The notes under the pieces were generated by a model. It had not been told where the DNA came from and did no database searches. It saw only the letters and a list, made by a program, of their open reading frames with translations. 64,000 bases of DNA from Azolla caroliniana (taxonomy: Eukaryota; Plantae; Polypodiophyta), in the NCBI GenBank assembly GCA_043228905.1, contig JBHGNT010000001.1, positions 30,070,001-30,134,000 on the forward strand. Direction: 5' to 3'. Positions within the stretch are counted from its first letter, which is position 1, and every line of letters starts with the position of its first letter. Shown here in pieces: positions 14,586-26,100 of this stretch. The translations under genes were made by a program, and so were the position numbers.

Positions 14586-15348
14586 ATGTTTTGCAAGGCA
14601 ACACATGTTAATGATGCTCCAAATAATGAGCACGAGGTGGTTACAAACACAAATGAGTCGAGATCTTCTTATAACAAACAAAAAAGAAAGTGGAGAAACC
14701 AATGGACTTTGCTTCACCCATGGGCATATGTGACAAAGTCCCTATTAGGTGATGATATAATCAAATGCATGTGGTGTGAAGATGCAAGAAAGAACTTTTG
14801 TCCAACATGTTATTGATGCCTTAAACAATCGTTTCCCGGATGTTACATTTTTCAATGCTATCAAGTTGTTTAATCCATCTTCATATCCCATTGAGGAAAA
14901 TGAAAGAGAGAAAAAGACAAAGGAATGGATGCACAAACTTATTGGGAAGTTTAACATTGATAGGCAAATTGTTGACATGAAAAGATGCTTCAATGAACGA
15001 GAAGATTTTGTTGGTATGCTTGTGAGAATTGCTAAAGGAAGAGGAATGCATGATGCATGGGATATTTGTTGCAAAGCACAATCTTGGTGGCAATTATTTC
15101 CGGGTATTATGCAATTGTGGCAACTATGTATGACTATTCCTATTAGTACAGCTGCATGTGAACGAGGCTTTTCACGTCAAAATATCATAAAAAATGATAT
15201 TAGAAATGGTTTATCTTTGGAAACTTTAGATGCTTTGATGTTTATATCCTTGAATGCTCAAGAGACATCAAACATTTGTTGGAGGGATATATTTAACCTT
15301 TGGTTTGAAGAGAAAGAGAGAAGGATAGTATCATTGAACAATGCTTAG
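14586..15348 (+). pseudogene. Deleted hAT transposase: N-terminal zinc-finger fragment joined out of frame to the C-terminal dimerisation domain
   Basis: 14586..14816 has 'KRKWRNQWTLLHPW...IKCMWC' (start of a TTF/BED-like zinc finger). 14776..15348 has 'IPISTAACERGFSRQNIIKNDIRNGLSLETLDALMFI' (hAT dimerisation motif). The DDE core is absent. Confidence 0.85.
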
Positions 15349-16300
15349 TAATAAGTATGAGGAGTCCCGGTATGATAAACATTTTTTTGTGTTTTTTGGG
15401 CTTTAAGAAATATATGATGATTAAGTATTCGATTTGTATGATTATTTGTTTGAAGCTTATTGTATCCACTTTGCAAGAATGAATTATGATTATAGATACA
15501 TATATAGTTTGTACTTTGGCTTAAAAAACATTAACACTTTTTTGGTAAAAAAAAAACATTAACACGATATTTATTTTCTGTATTTCATTATCTTTGCGAG
15601 GTAGTTGTGTCTATTTGTGTACCTTCTATAGTAATAAAATGTATAATAATGAAGCATCATATAGAGCTTTTCATTATAAGAAATTTGTATGTCAAATGAC
15701 ATGTTAATTTTTGCACTCTTACGTCATATGACATACATCTTTAAAAAATGCCCGTCAAAAAACTTTAAGACTAACCCGTCAAATTCAGGCCCTGATCGTC
15801 ATCTTTCTAGTTTTGGAAATCATATATAGATGAATGAATATCTAAGTATGCAAAACATCGCATACAAACACATTAAATCACGCGCAATAACTGTATGATT
15901 TAAAATAATTTTGCCTCTAACGCAGAATTCATGAATCAAATAAAGGTTAGAGTAACGAAACATTAAAAGATAAAAATGCATTCGCATACTTGTTTCAGAA
16001 CTGAAACACAGATATAGTATCCAGAGTCAGACGAAATAACAAGTAAACTCCTTGACCATCGCAATTCTAATGATATCAGATACGGAGATAAATTTGAAGC
16101 CAAAACTGAATTGTAAAAAAATGTTGCGCACGTTAAGAGAAAATGAACTGTTTTTAACATTGTTTGTACCACTCGAATGCAAAGTCACGGGAATTTTTTT
16201 TATAAACGTCAACATTCTGTTACAGAAAATAAGAAACAATAATCTGAACTCTATGAAGGCATCAAAGAAGACATTCGGTAAATCTACATCCAGATGTAGC

Positions 16301-16654
16301 CTACTTCGATCTCTGCCTCATCTTTCTGCGCTTACGCTTAAGTCTACGCATTCTCTTCTTCTTCCACTGAAAACACAAAAACAATACACAAATGAGACGA
16401 AAAAGAAAAATAGGTCCCACGAGAAAGGGAAGATGACCATGAAGAATGTAAACATGCAATTTTGAGGAAGCGCGTAGATAGACAACTAAAAGGAGAAGAA
16501 CGATGAAAGACCAAAACTAGTGACGAAGATGATAATGACGATGCTAAAGCAGAGAACGCGGGCTCTGGAGAAAAGAGACCACAAAGAATAGCATGTGACG
16601 GTACAGAAGGAAGCTGAGCAGAAGGGAAGAAGAAAACCATACCTTAGCTCTCAT
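16301..16654 (-). CDS. RPL41: Ribosomal protein eL41 (L41/eS32), 25 aa; complement(join(16301..16366,16643..16654))
   Basis: Exon 1 ATG AGA GCT AAG|gtatgg and exon 2 ttttcag|TGG AAG AAG ... TCG AAG TAG give [25 protein letters not shown], the canonical plant L41 sequence. Confidence 0.97.
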
Positions 16655-16765
16655 GGTGAAGGGAAGATCGGCACACAGAAGAAACGCAGTAGCGAAACTG
16701 GAGCTTCGAAGCACGAGAACAATCAGTAAAGATGCGAGGGGCGTTATCCACCGCTGGGTATTTGA

Positions 16766-16774
16766 AAACCCTAA
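16766..16774. promoter_or_regulatory. Telo-box (AAACCCTAA) upstream of RPL41
   Basis: Exact motif ~110 bp upstream of the RPL41 ATG. Telo-boxes are characteristic of plant ribosomal protein gene promoters. Confidence 0.65.
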
Positions 16775-17499
16775 TTCCTTTTCACACTATTGGATGGCCA
16801 GCAAACGTATGTTGAGGAATTAAGGGAATTAGGTTAGTAACTTAGTAGTATCATCCCTCCTTTGGTGCCAACTTTATTGAAATGAAAGATCCAACGAAGC
16901 GGAGACCAAATTCTCGCGTGACCAATTGTGCGACCAACGCATTGCAGTATTGCAGGCCTCAGAGAAGTTAGGAGAACTGTATTGGGGCCTTGTCCATGGG
17001 GGGGGGCGGGGGGGGGGGGACGATTCTCGAATATGGAAATGTATGTTTCGCTACCACAAAACTATAGGGTTTAGTGGTTTGAGGGGAAAGCTGACACCAC
17101 CTTGCAATAGCTCCCAAAACGCATCCATGGAAGTATAGAGTTTTTGGTTTAGCACTCGAGTGTCGAGTAAGACGATTCGAACAAGTGTCTTCAATTTTCA
17201 AATTTGACCCGCTCACATGGCTTATCACACGCAATCTTGAAGTCTAGGAAAGTGCGGTGTGTAGCCCATTTTGTTACGAACTTTTAATCATTCATACTTC
17301 AAGTCGTGGCGATTGTTGTCACTATTATTTTTGTGTTTTCCACCCTCATAATACATCGTGTATGCAAATGAGTGATTGGTTGTTTGAGATTTCCCTCATC
17401 CATATGGCGTTATTTGGGGTAGGGTAGATTCAGTTGGCGACCAAACAATATGTGACCTTCGTTTAGGTGACTATTAGTTACCACTCAACATTATACATA

Positions 17500-18600
17500 C
17501 CATCAAACAAAAACAATTATTTCTATATCGTCAACAAAATGCATGGTTGCCATACAATTAACATAAACTTATCGTTCAGTACCATCAACGAAAAAGTATA
17601 TTTCGGAATATCGTTAATACAAGCGCTTTTTTCTTATGATATACCAAATTACCTATACATATCAAAATGGCTTATTTGAGTTTATTTGAAGTATATACTT
17701 GCCCCATATGTGTATCTCATGTTGTTTGATTTTGGCGAACTAATTGAATATTATGGTTCATTAGTTACACATTTTTATTAGATCAATGCTCACTAGTGAG
17801 CTTATGAATAAATGACACTTGTTCCTACCCATGTTGCCTTCATTTATAGATGTCCATCTAACATTAGATAATGACTTTGGAGTAAAGGTATAACTATGCC
17901 CGATGACACTTATGTTTGGAAGAATGTAGCATACCCCATATGAACAAAATATGCATGTGTTGAATTTTGTCACTTATGCAACCAATTTCAAGTCAAGTAC
18001 TTGTCATCTACTTGATTTGCTTCAAAATTTAGGATATAATTTGTATGGACTATAAAGTTAAGCTAACTTATTCCACTGAGTTGAATGTGAAAACTATCAT
18101 TTAGATCAAATAAATTGATGCATTTTACTATTCTATGTCGAATCTACATTTGGAAGGGGTTTACACCAAGAGAAACACTAATATCTTCCATGCTAGGCAA
18201 AGCTAAACATAAAATAGTTGCACAAAAAAATATCAAAAGAAAATTGAACACTATAATTTGAAATCCAAATACATGTTTATGAAAGAGCCATATGGAGAGG
18301 TGTTGCTTATCATAAACTTGTTTTGGTTTGCTATTGATAATTGGTTCCATCTACAACTCCCATTTTGTGCTCCAAGGGCTTGCTCAAGTATGTGTAACAG
18401 ACAAGTGATTCCCCTTTCAAATGAAGATTATGCTTGACCACTTTGCAATAAAGGTCTATGTTGTTGATAGTTGTATTTCTTGTAATATTTGTTTTAGTCA
18501 TTGTGTTAAAACCATGAAACAAAAGTCTACAAGACTGTTATATGTATATATATCACCAACAAATAAGTGTGTGGCCGAGTTATGCTATGTAAACTCAGAC
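17500..18600 (-). mobile_element. Possible heavily decayed PIF/Harbinger transposase
   Basis: Ordered fragments across frames: 'GVVDGT' (cf. GAIDGTH), 'KH..FQIIV...F...LPSMED' (cf. LQ.V.D...F...PGS.HD), 'VIGHSYTF' (cf. LGD.GYPL). No TIR or TSD identified. Confidence 0.35.
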
Positions 18601-19245
18601 CAACCACACAAAGATATTATACAATGTGAATTTTTGTGTAGTATTTACATTTAGAAGGCAATGTTATTGTTTTCAAACATAAGGAAAGCCAATTCTTTAG
18701 GATAAGATTGCCAATATACATGGTTTACATGACATTGTTTTACAAATTAAACCCGTTGACATTATGGCTACAAAGTATGTGTTACTATTGTATAACAATA
18801 TTTATACAACTATTTTAATTAGAATCTCCTGGAACTAATCATGTTCCATTACTATTAACATGTATGCCATTTTGTCGAGACTTGATTGCGTTCTTAGAGT
18901 CGGAATTATTGTGTTTAGAACCTAAATCATAGAGTAAACAATGACATAAGTTTCAAGATTATACCTGGAATCTTGATATGAGTACAGGGTTGATGAATGT
19001 GCCTTGTACATTTGAACGTCATGAGGTCTAGGAAAAGAAATGACATCGTCTTGTACATGAATGTATCAACGAACCCAAATATCAATCCCGCTCATCGGTG
19101 AAAGGGGAAATTTAGGGTCATCGATAACAATCCTAAGCAATAGGTATTAGTTAAGAAGGCGAGGATTTTTGCATAGGCCTAATTTTGGCAAAACTATGTG
19201 CATCCATACGATGACCATAAAACGCTTATATGGAGAGTTGTCACC

Positions 19246-20010
19246 TCATTTCTTCAATGGGGCGGTCACATTGACACTAATCTTATCGTAGTAAAAATAA
19301 TAGAAGTAAAAGATGCCCATCCATGTGATAAGCAAGGCCAAAGTAGGGCCAAACATAAAGAAGGTTCTCAACGGCCGAGATTTCTCGGCCGCTGGTGACG
19401 TGGCCGAATCTGTGGCGTTGGTGACTGTTTGAGATGAAGTGGAAGAGATACGACTAGCTTTTGGGTTAGGGTTAGGGTTAGGGGCTGCAGATCTGGGGCG
19501 TCGATGGAAATATGAGCTTTGGGTCGATTCTGCGTCCGCGCTATAACCTGAGAATGTCAGATCAGCTTTAGGGTTTCTTCCATCAGAATAACCAGAAAAG
19601 CTCGAATTAGAGTTAGGGTTCTTATCATCTTTATGATCGGAAACATTCAGCTTAGGTTTAGGATTTCTGCCATCATTATAACTAGAAAACTTCAGGTTAG
19701 TGTTAGGGCTAGGCTTTCTATGAATTCTATTATTTGCTGTTGAAGCTTCATCTCTGTGATCGAGATTGCTAAATGCAGACTCTGTGTGCGACAGGAGAGC
19801 GATTACTCCCTGATATTGTGGATGATTAAATCGTTTAAGTACTCTGTTTCTGTAGAAGTCTGACTCTGAATCTGAGTCTGATTCCGAATCCGAATCTGAA
19901 TTATCATCTTCGTCAAATAAATCAGCTTTAGAGTTAGGGTTTGTTCTGCATTTGTTATATATCCTGTAATTAGGGTTCGATCTGTGATAATTACTATCGG
20001 TCCCTTCCAT
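19246..20010 (-). CDS. Orphan 254-aa Ser/Asn/Asp-rich protein with internal repeats and a C-terminal transmembrane helix
   Basis: Uninterrupted 765-bp ATG-initiated ORF in AT-rich DNA. Acidic DSDSES tract, 4x 15-aa repeat, hydrophobic FFMFGPTLALLITWMGIFYFYYFYY near the C-terminus. Confidence 0.6.
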   Translation of the reverse strand: MEGTDSNYHRSNPNYRIYNKCRTNPNSKADLFDEDDNSDSDSESDSDSESDFYRNRVLKRFNHPQYQGVIALLSHTESAFSNLDHRDEASTANNRIHRKPSPNTNLKFSSYNDGRNPKPKLNVSDHKDDKNPNSNSSFSGYSDGRNPKADLTFSGYSADAESTQSSYFHRRPRSAAPNPNPNPKASRISSTSSQTVTNATDSATSPAAEKSRPLRTFFMFGPTLALLITWMGIFYFYYFYYDKISVNVTAPLKK

Positions 20011-23000
20011 TACTCAATCGTAATTAGCGCCTTAATTGTGATTCTCAATGTAGACTTTCGATTATAATTAGCACGCTAATGATGACGCCTTATGTGATGA
20101 CTTCAGCAATGATGATTAGCGTCATAAGCGCGAGCACTAATCCCCCACGCAATTAGAGGCATACTTAGGATGATTCATCTAACCCCATGGACTTTGGTTC
20201 AAGCGTCCTAACCAAGAGATATGTTTTGGATGGGATGCATCTCTTCCCATTTTAATTTCTATTAATATATTGAAGAGTTCTAAGTTTGAATAGAGACTTT
20301 AGGAAATGAAACCATCTTTCGGGCCCAAGAATGCTAATTAGCAACTATTATTAATGCATATATCACATAAGAGAAAATGTGTATGTGCATTTGTGCACAA
20401 ACCGTACTATAGATGGTTTGTTTGATATGTAAGATTGACCATGTGGAGACCAAGGACATCCATTCCAATCACCTAGTAAGTCAAGGAAATTTAAAGGAGG
20501 ATGTTCTCCAACTAATAAATAATCCAAGTTGATCGGGTGGAGTGGAAACAAAATTTAAAACCACGGCGTTTTTTAGTTAATATGAAACAATCCTCGTGGA
20601 TGCAAACATGCAAAGGATCCTACATGACCTTCTTTGTTACTTGTTAGTGACACCTCTAATTTCAGAAGTTCTAAAGAGTATTACGAGGTTTTAGCTAACC
20701 TTGTGGCATGCAGACTATTAGCATTCTTGACACAAAGCATTGTGCTCATATGTTTCTTGAAGAATAAGAAATTTACCTTATTCAGGTCTTCGTTCTTCAA
20801 TGGTAAATCTCTACAACTCCAACTTGTAACTTGTATAAACTTTTTTCCCATACATCTTACATCCCTATAATTGGGTGTTGCTCCTTTCATGCTTCGTAAG
20901 CTTGTCATCTCTTTGCTTGTTACTAGGATTTCTATCCTCATCGATGATTTGTATGTGTTTTGAAGGTAGGTTTGAGCATTTCAAGGTATCTTTGCGTGTT
21001 ACCATATTCTCTTCATTTGCAGCGAAGATGTCAAGTTGGGTCATCATCATCTTCTGCAATTCGGTTATTTATCTTTATGTCTAGAATTGGCATTAAGGAT
21101 TCCTTCTACTAAACATACTTCATCTTAAGTTGACTATACTTGAATTCTTGAAGCTTGAGCTCATGTTTGAGACCTTACTTCTTAAGGACAACTTGTTTAT
21201 TTTCCTCGTCTTGACAACACTTCTAATCTTGGATGGCAAAATTTATTATCAAAATTTCCTCGTATCATTTTGATATGACAACTAGTTTGCCTCAAATGAA
21301 ATGAAAAACTATATATTTGAAAGTTTGATGCCACAATTTGCAAATTGCCATTCAAAACACAAACAATTAGTGGAATGAGGTTCTTTACATTTTGGAGGAG
21401 ATTATTCACATCGCATTTAATGAGCCATGAGGACATGTATTAAGCATCCACCACTACTCAAAATATTGCCAATGCATTTTTCTTGTTATGAAATCTACTT
21501 TCAATGTGACTTGATGGAGGCTACATGTGGTCAATGTCTCGTGTATCAAAGACACTCATAATACAGTGGAGTACAACTACTTTGTAGTTCTAAATGGATA
21601 AAAATCTCTCCTTGCCATGAGTAAATGATATATTGCAAGATATGGGGAAAACTTGTATGTGTAATGATAAAGTTGCCATGTCATGAGCAAACCAAACAAA
21701 CACATGCGTTGTATTGGTATTATACAATGAAATGACAAAATAGAAGCGCCTACACCAACACATTAGGGGATTTACCATGAATCACCATATTGCACCAATA
21801 AATATTCAAGAGACATGGCCATTCCTCATAAATGCCTTTTGTGAAGTTGTAGATGTCGTGATGGGCACCGACGTAAAGGGTACAACCATTGCCTCGTTGT
21901 TTAGAAGGCATCAAGAAGGAATAGAAAATGTAGTTCTACCAACAAACGAAGCGATAAGATAGCATAATTATATTACCTACTACAAGTTGAAGACAAAAAG
22001 AAGGTTTTTCTACAAAGTTCACAGGAACAATGTGAACAAAACAAGGATGCCCTATCTATATTCACATATCTTCGACTTGATTTATGATGGCAAATGAGAA
22101 GAGTTAACATGGCGAAACACCAATAATTGGACACTTCATAATATTACTTCTAATGTTTGAGATGATTTTCAACTTAAAGCATATTCTTAATTATTATTTC
22201 AAATGCTATTAAGTATGATGCATAGCCACAATGGGCATAATAGCCTAGCAATTAACTTGCCTAAGACCAAAGTTTGGTATGCAAGAACATTTAAACTTGA
22301 AAGTCATGAGCTAGTAGTTTACTATGTATGTAGAAAAGGCTTGCGCTTCACATGTTCGCATACCCTTGGAGTTGGCATTCACAATTAAGTCACTTGGAAC
22401 ATGTATCGAGCCATGAGAATGGATACCAATGTTACCCAATACTATGAATTTGAGAACACTTGGCCACAACCCAAAGTTGGGAGATTATAAGCAATAGTGT
22501 ACACTACGATATATGGAATTAAGGTTCGGAGGGACAATCTTTCAACAAGTTTATGGAATGGAACAGAGAGAAAACAAAAGAAATTTCTGTGCCATGAATT
22601 TAGGGGTTAAAACACAATCTCGTACCTCATAATGTTGTGAGAGAATGGAAGAAGGCCAATAGAGTTGGATGCCCTTCACAGAGTTTACATAGAACATATT
22701 TGACAGTAAGGACACCGTCTTAAGATTCGCCTCCCCAAGGTTGGAAGCCTGCATGGGAAATCAAATGCTTATTACTGCGGAAATGGAAGAAAACCATGGG
22801 GGGTTCGGGGTGCGTCGCCGCGTATGAGGACATTGGGCTAGAGAGTTTTCAGAGAGTTTCCTAGAAGGTAATTAAATATACCAAGATACGAGAGCCGGAG
22901 GAGCCATCACCGAGGACACAACACGCAATTTGTTGGCTCCGACTTCTCTTGGGCACAAAAATCAAACTCATGGGATATGTCAATTCATTTCTTCTGTTTC

Positions 23001-23142
23001 TCTCATCTCTTCTTACCTTTCGTTTGTTCTTTACGCTCTATAATGTTTTAAGATATCATCATCATCTTCTTCTTCTCCTCATGTGCACAGTGCAGTACAT
23101 AAACCTTCATAGGGATCGTTTCCTACCACATTGGCAGAACGT

Positions 23143-26100
23143 ATGTTGCAGCTCTCCATCGCCGAATGCTCATGTTTCGCAGGTAATTGCTTTGCTCTTC
23201 ACGCAATTCACTTCGTTATTCTACTTTAAAATCTGCAAATTTCCACTTCTTCTTGGTACGCTTCCCATTAACCCTACGAACACCTTCCTTTCTTTCTTGA
23301 ATTGATTCTCTCGATTTCTTCCATTTTTGTTTCTCTTTGCTGTTAGCTTATGTTGTTGATGACGATGTGTGCGTATCGAAGACAAATTCAAAAGATGTGA
23401 GAACAGTTATTGATGCTTGCTCTACTACGTCTGCCCTTTCTTGGCCCGTGGAGGAGGTAAAAGATCATAGATATGGAAGATTGGAACATCAAAACCAGGG
23501 AAATATCCGAGAAAAGGCCATTTTCTGGGATATTTCAAAAAAGGATGAAGCAAAAGAGTATAGAAATGGCAGAGTCGAACATAAAAACCATGAAAATCTT
23601 CGAGAAAATGCCATTTTCTGGGATATTACCAAAGAATTCGAGGAAAAAGAGTATAAACAAGGAAAAGCAAAACATGAAAACCATGAAATTCTCCGACAAA
23701 AGGCCCATTTCTGGGATATTAAAGAAAAAGAAGAGGCGGAAGATCATAGTTTTGTGAATATTCCACATGAAAACCACGGAAATTTTGGAGATAAGGCCAT
23801 CATTTTGTGGGATTTTCCTAAGAAAGTTCATGCAAAACAGCATAAATATGGACATAAAAACCATGGAAATATCAAAGGAATGGCCATTATTTGTGATGTT
23901 GCAGATGGAGAGAAGGCAGAAGCACATGAACACGATAGATATATCAGAGAAAATGTCATTTTTTGCAATATTTTAGAAGAGGAGAGTAACTGCATGAAGT
24001 TTCCCATGCAGAAAGATGGCTGTGACATGGAGCTTTCAACAAACAAAGATGACATGAATCTTTGGATGAATAAAAATGACATAAAGCTATCTATGGAGAA
24101 ATATGGTTGTAACATGGGGTTTCCCCTGGAGAAAAATGATAATTGTATGGATTTTTCAATGGAGAAATATGGTAGTGGTGCAGAGTGTTCCATGGCGAGG
24201 GATGGTTGTGTCGTGGATTTTTCAATGGGGAAAGATGACGTGGAACTTTTCATAGACAAAAATGGTTCTGGTCTGAAGTTTTCTATCGAGAAAAATGGTT
24301 ACAATTTAGAGCTTTCCATGGGGAAAGATGGTTGTGGCATGGAGTTTTCCAAGGATCAAGAGGGTTGCAACATGGATCTCTCCATGCGTAGGAGGATACA
24401 TAGTATAGAAGCTATCAATAATTCCCTAGACTGCACATTCGGGCTTCCTTTACTGTGTGATGCCATCCACGCATTGCAAGAATGCAAGAAACAGAAGGAC
24501 CCATGTTATGCTGTACACATGTATTCATGCATTTGCAGTAATGGTTTAGAAGCTTATTTGGGGAATTACATTGTGCCATTGCTTGTAGAGTGTGCGAATA
24601 TGGTTCTTGCTCAGCAAGTTTTGAACAAACTGGTGAATCCAAATGAATATTCGTGGGGATCTCTCTTGTCAGGTTTTGTCCAATGTGGCCATCTACATGA
24701 GGCTTTGCATGTTTATGCACTAATAAAAGAGAAAGGTGCATACTTGAGTCGTCATGTGGTTGTGTCTCTTTTACAAGCTTGCTCTTGGCTTAAGGATGTT
24801 CAAAGAGGAAGGGAACTTTACATGGAGATTATATTCAAAGGCTACGAAAATGATCTGCCAATATACAACAGTCTGCTATTTATGTATTCTAAATGCTGTT
24901 TGCTCACAGAAGCACACTCAATTTTTGTGAGGGTGCAAATCCAAGATGTTGTATCATGGACAACTCTAATTGCAGGATATGTTGATAATGGGCTCTATAT
25001 GATAGCACTCAAATGCTTTGAAGAGATGCAAGAGGTTGGTGTTTCTCCTAACACAATCACATTTTCTTATGTTCTCAAAGCCTGTTGTAGTATAGGGGTC
25101 TTGGACAAGGGTAGAGATTTTCACAATGAGATCGCAATGAAGGGCCTACTAAGCAATTCTTCAGTTGCTATTAGTCTGATTTCCATGTATGCTAACTGTG
25201 GCTCACTTTCAGAAGCATGGGATGTTCTGAGAATGCTACCGGTTCGAAATATTGCACTATGGACTAGACTTATACAGGGATACATTGAATATGGATCAGC
25301 TGAAGAAGCATTGAAATGCTTTGACCAAATGCAAGAGGAATGCATCTCTCTGGATGCTGTTGCATTTTCTTGTGGATTAAAGGCTTGCAGTACCTTAGGG
25401 GCGATAACAAAGGGCAGAGACATACATGGATGCACTATAGGGAAGGGACTTACAAATGCTCTTGTGATTGGTAATTCATTGATTGGAATGTATGCAAAGT
25501 GTGGCTCACTATCAGATGCACATTTAGTCTTCAATAAAATGCCCTCACAAAACTCTATATCATGGACTGCATTAATCGTGGGGTATGCCGAACATGGACC
25601 TGGGGAAGAAGCTATCAAGCTCTTTTATGAGATGCAACGTCAAAGTCACTCTCCTAACGTCATCACATTTTGTAGTGTTTTGAAAGCTTGTGGGAGCATA
25701 AAAGCTTTAGAAAGAGGACGCAAATTACATTCTTGTGTATCACAATTTGGACTTGAAGAAGATCCTTTGGTTAGCAATGGGTTGGTCCATATGTATGCAA
25801 CATGTGGGGAACTCGCAGAGGCACAAAGTGTCTTTGATAGCATCTTCGTGCCAGATGTTGTGCTATGGACTGCTTTAATTTCAGGATATGCTGATAATGG
25901 TTCAGATGAGAAAGCTCTACATTATTTTGAACAAATGCAGCTCAATGGGGTGGTCCCAGATACTGCTACATTTACGTGTATCCTGAAATCTTGTACTCAT
26001 GTAGAGGCAATAGGGAAAGGTTATGAAATACATACAATGTTAGTAGAGAAAGGATGGCGTAAAGAACTATCTATTGGCAATAGTTTGGTTGCAATGTATG

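Larger units (their letters stand above)
13244..15794 (+). mobile_element. hAT-family DNA transposon, internally deleted (non-autonomous), 2551 bp
   Basis: TIRs CAGGGCAGGAATTTGACGGGT (13244-13264) and ACCCGTCAAATTCAGGCCCTG (15774-15794), 19/21 match. Perfect 8-bp TSD ATCGTCAT at 13236-13243 and 15795-15802. Subterminal CCCGTCAA/TGACAT repeats at both ends. Confidence 0.95.

Noticed and set aside
20075-20125. Box C/D snoRNA (RTGATGA motifs)
   Set aside because: No suitably placed downstream CTGA D box with a terminal stem on the same strand.
20600-22500. Possible decayed LTR-retrotransposon coding sequence
   Set aside because: Looks like decayed coding DNA, but I could not identify RT, RNase H or integrase motifs, LTRs or a PBS.
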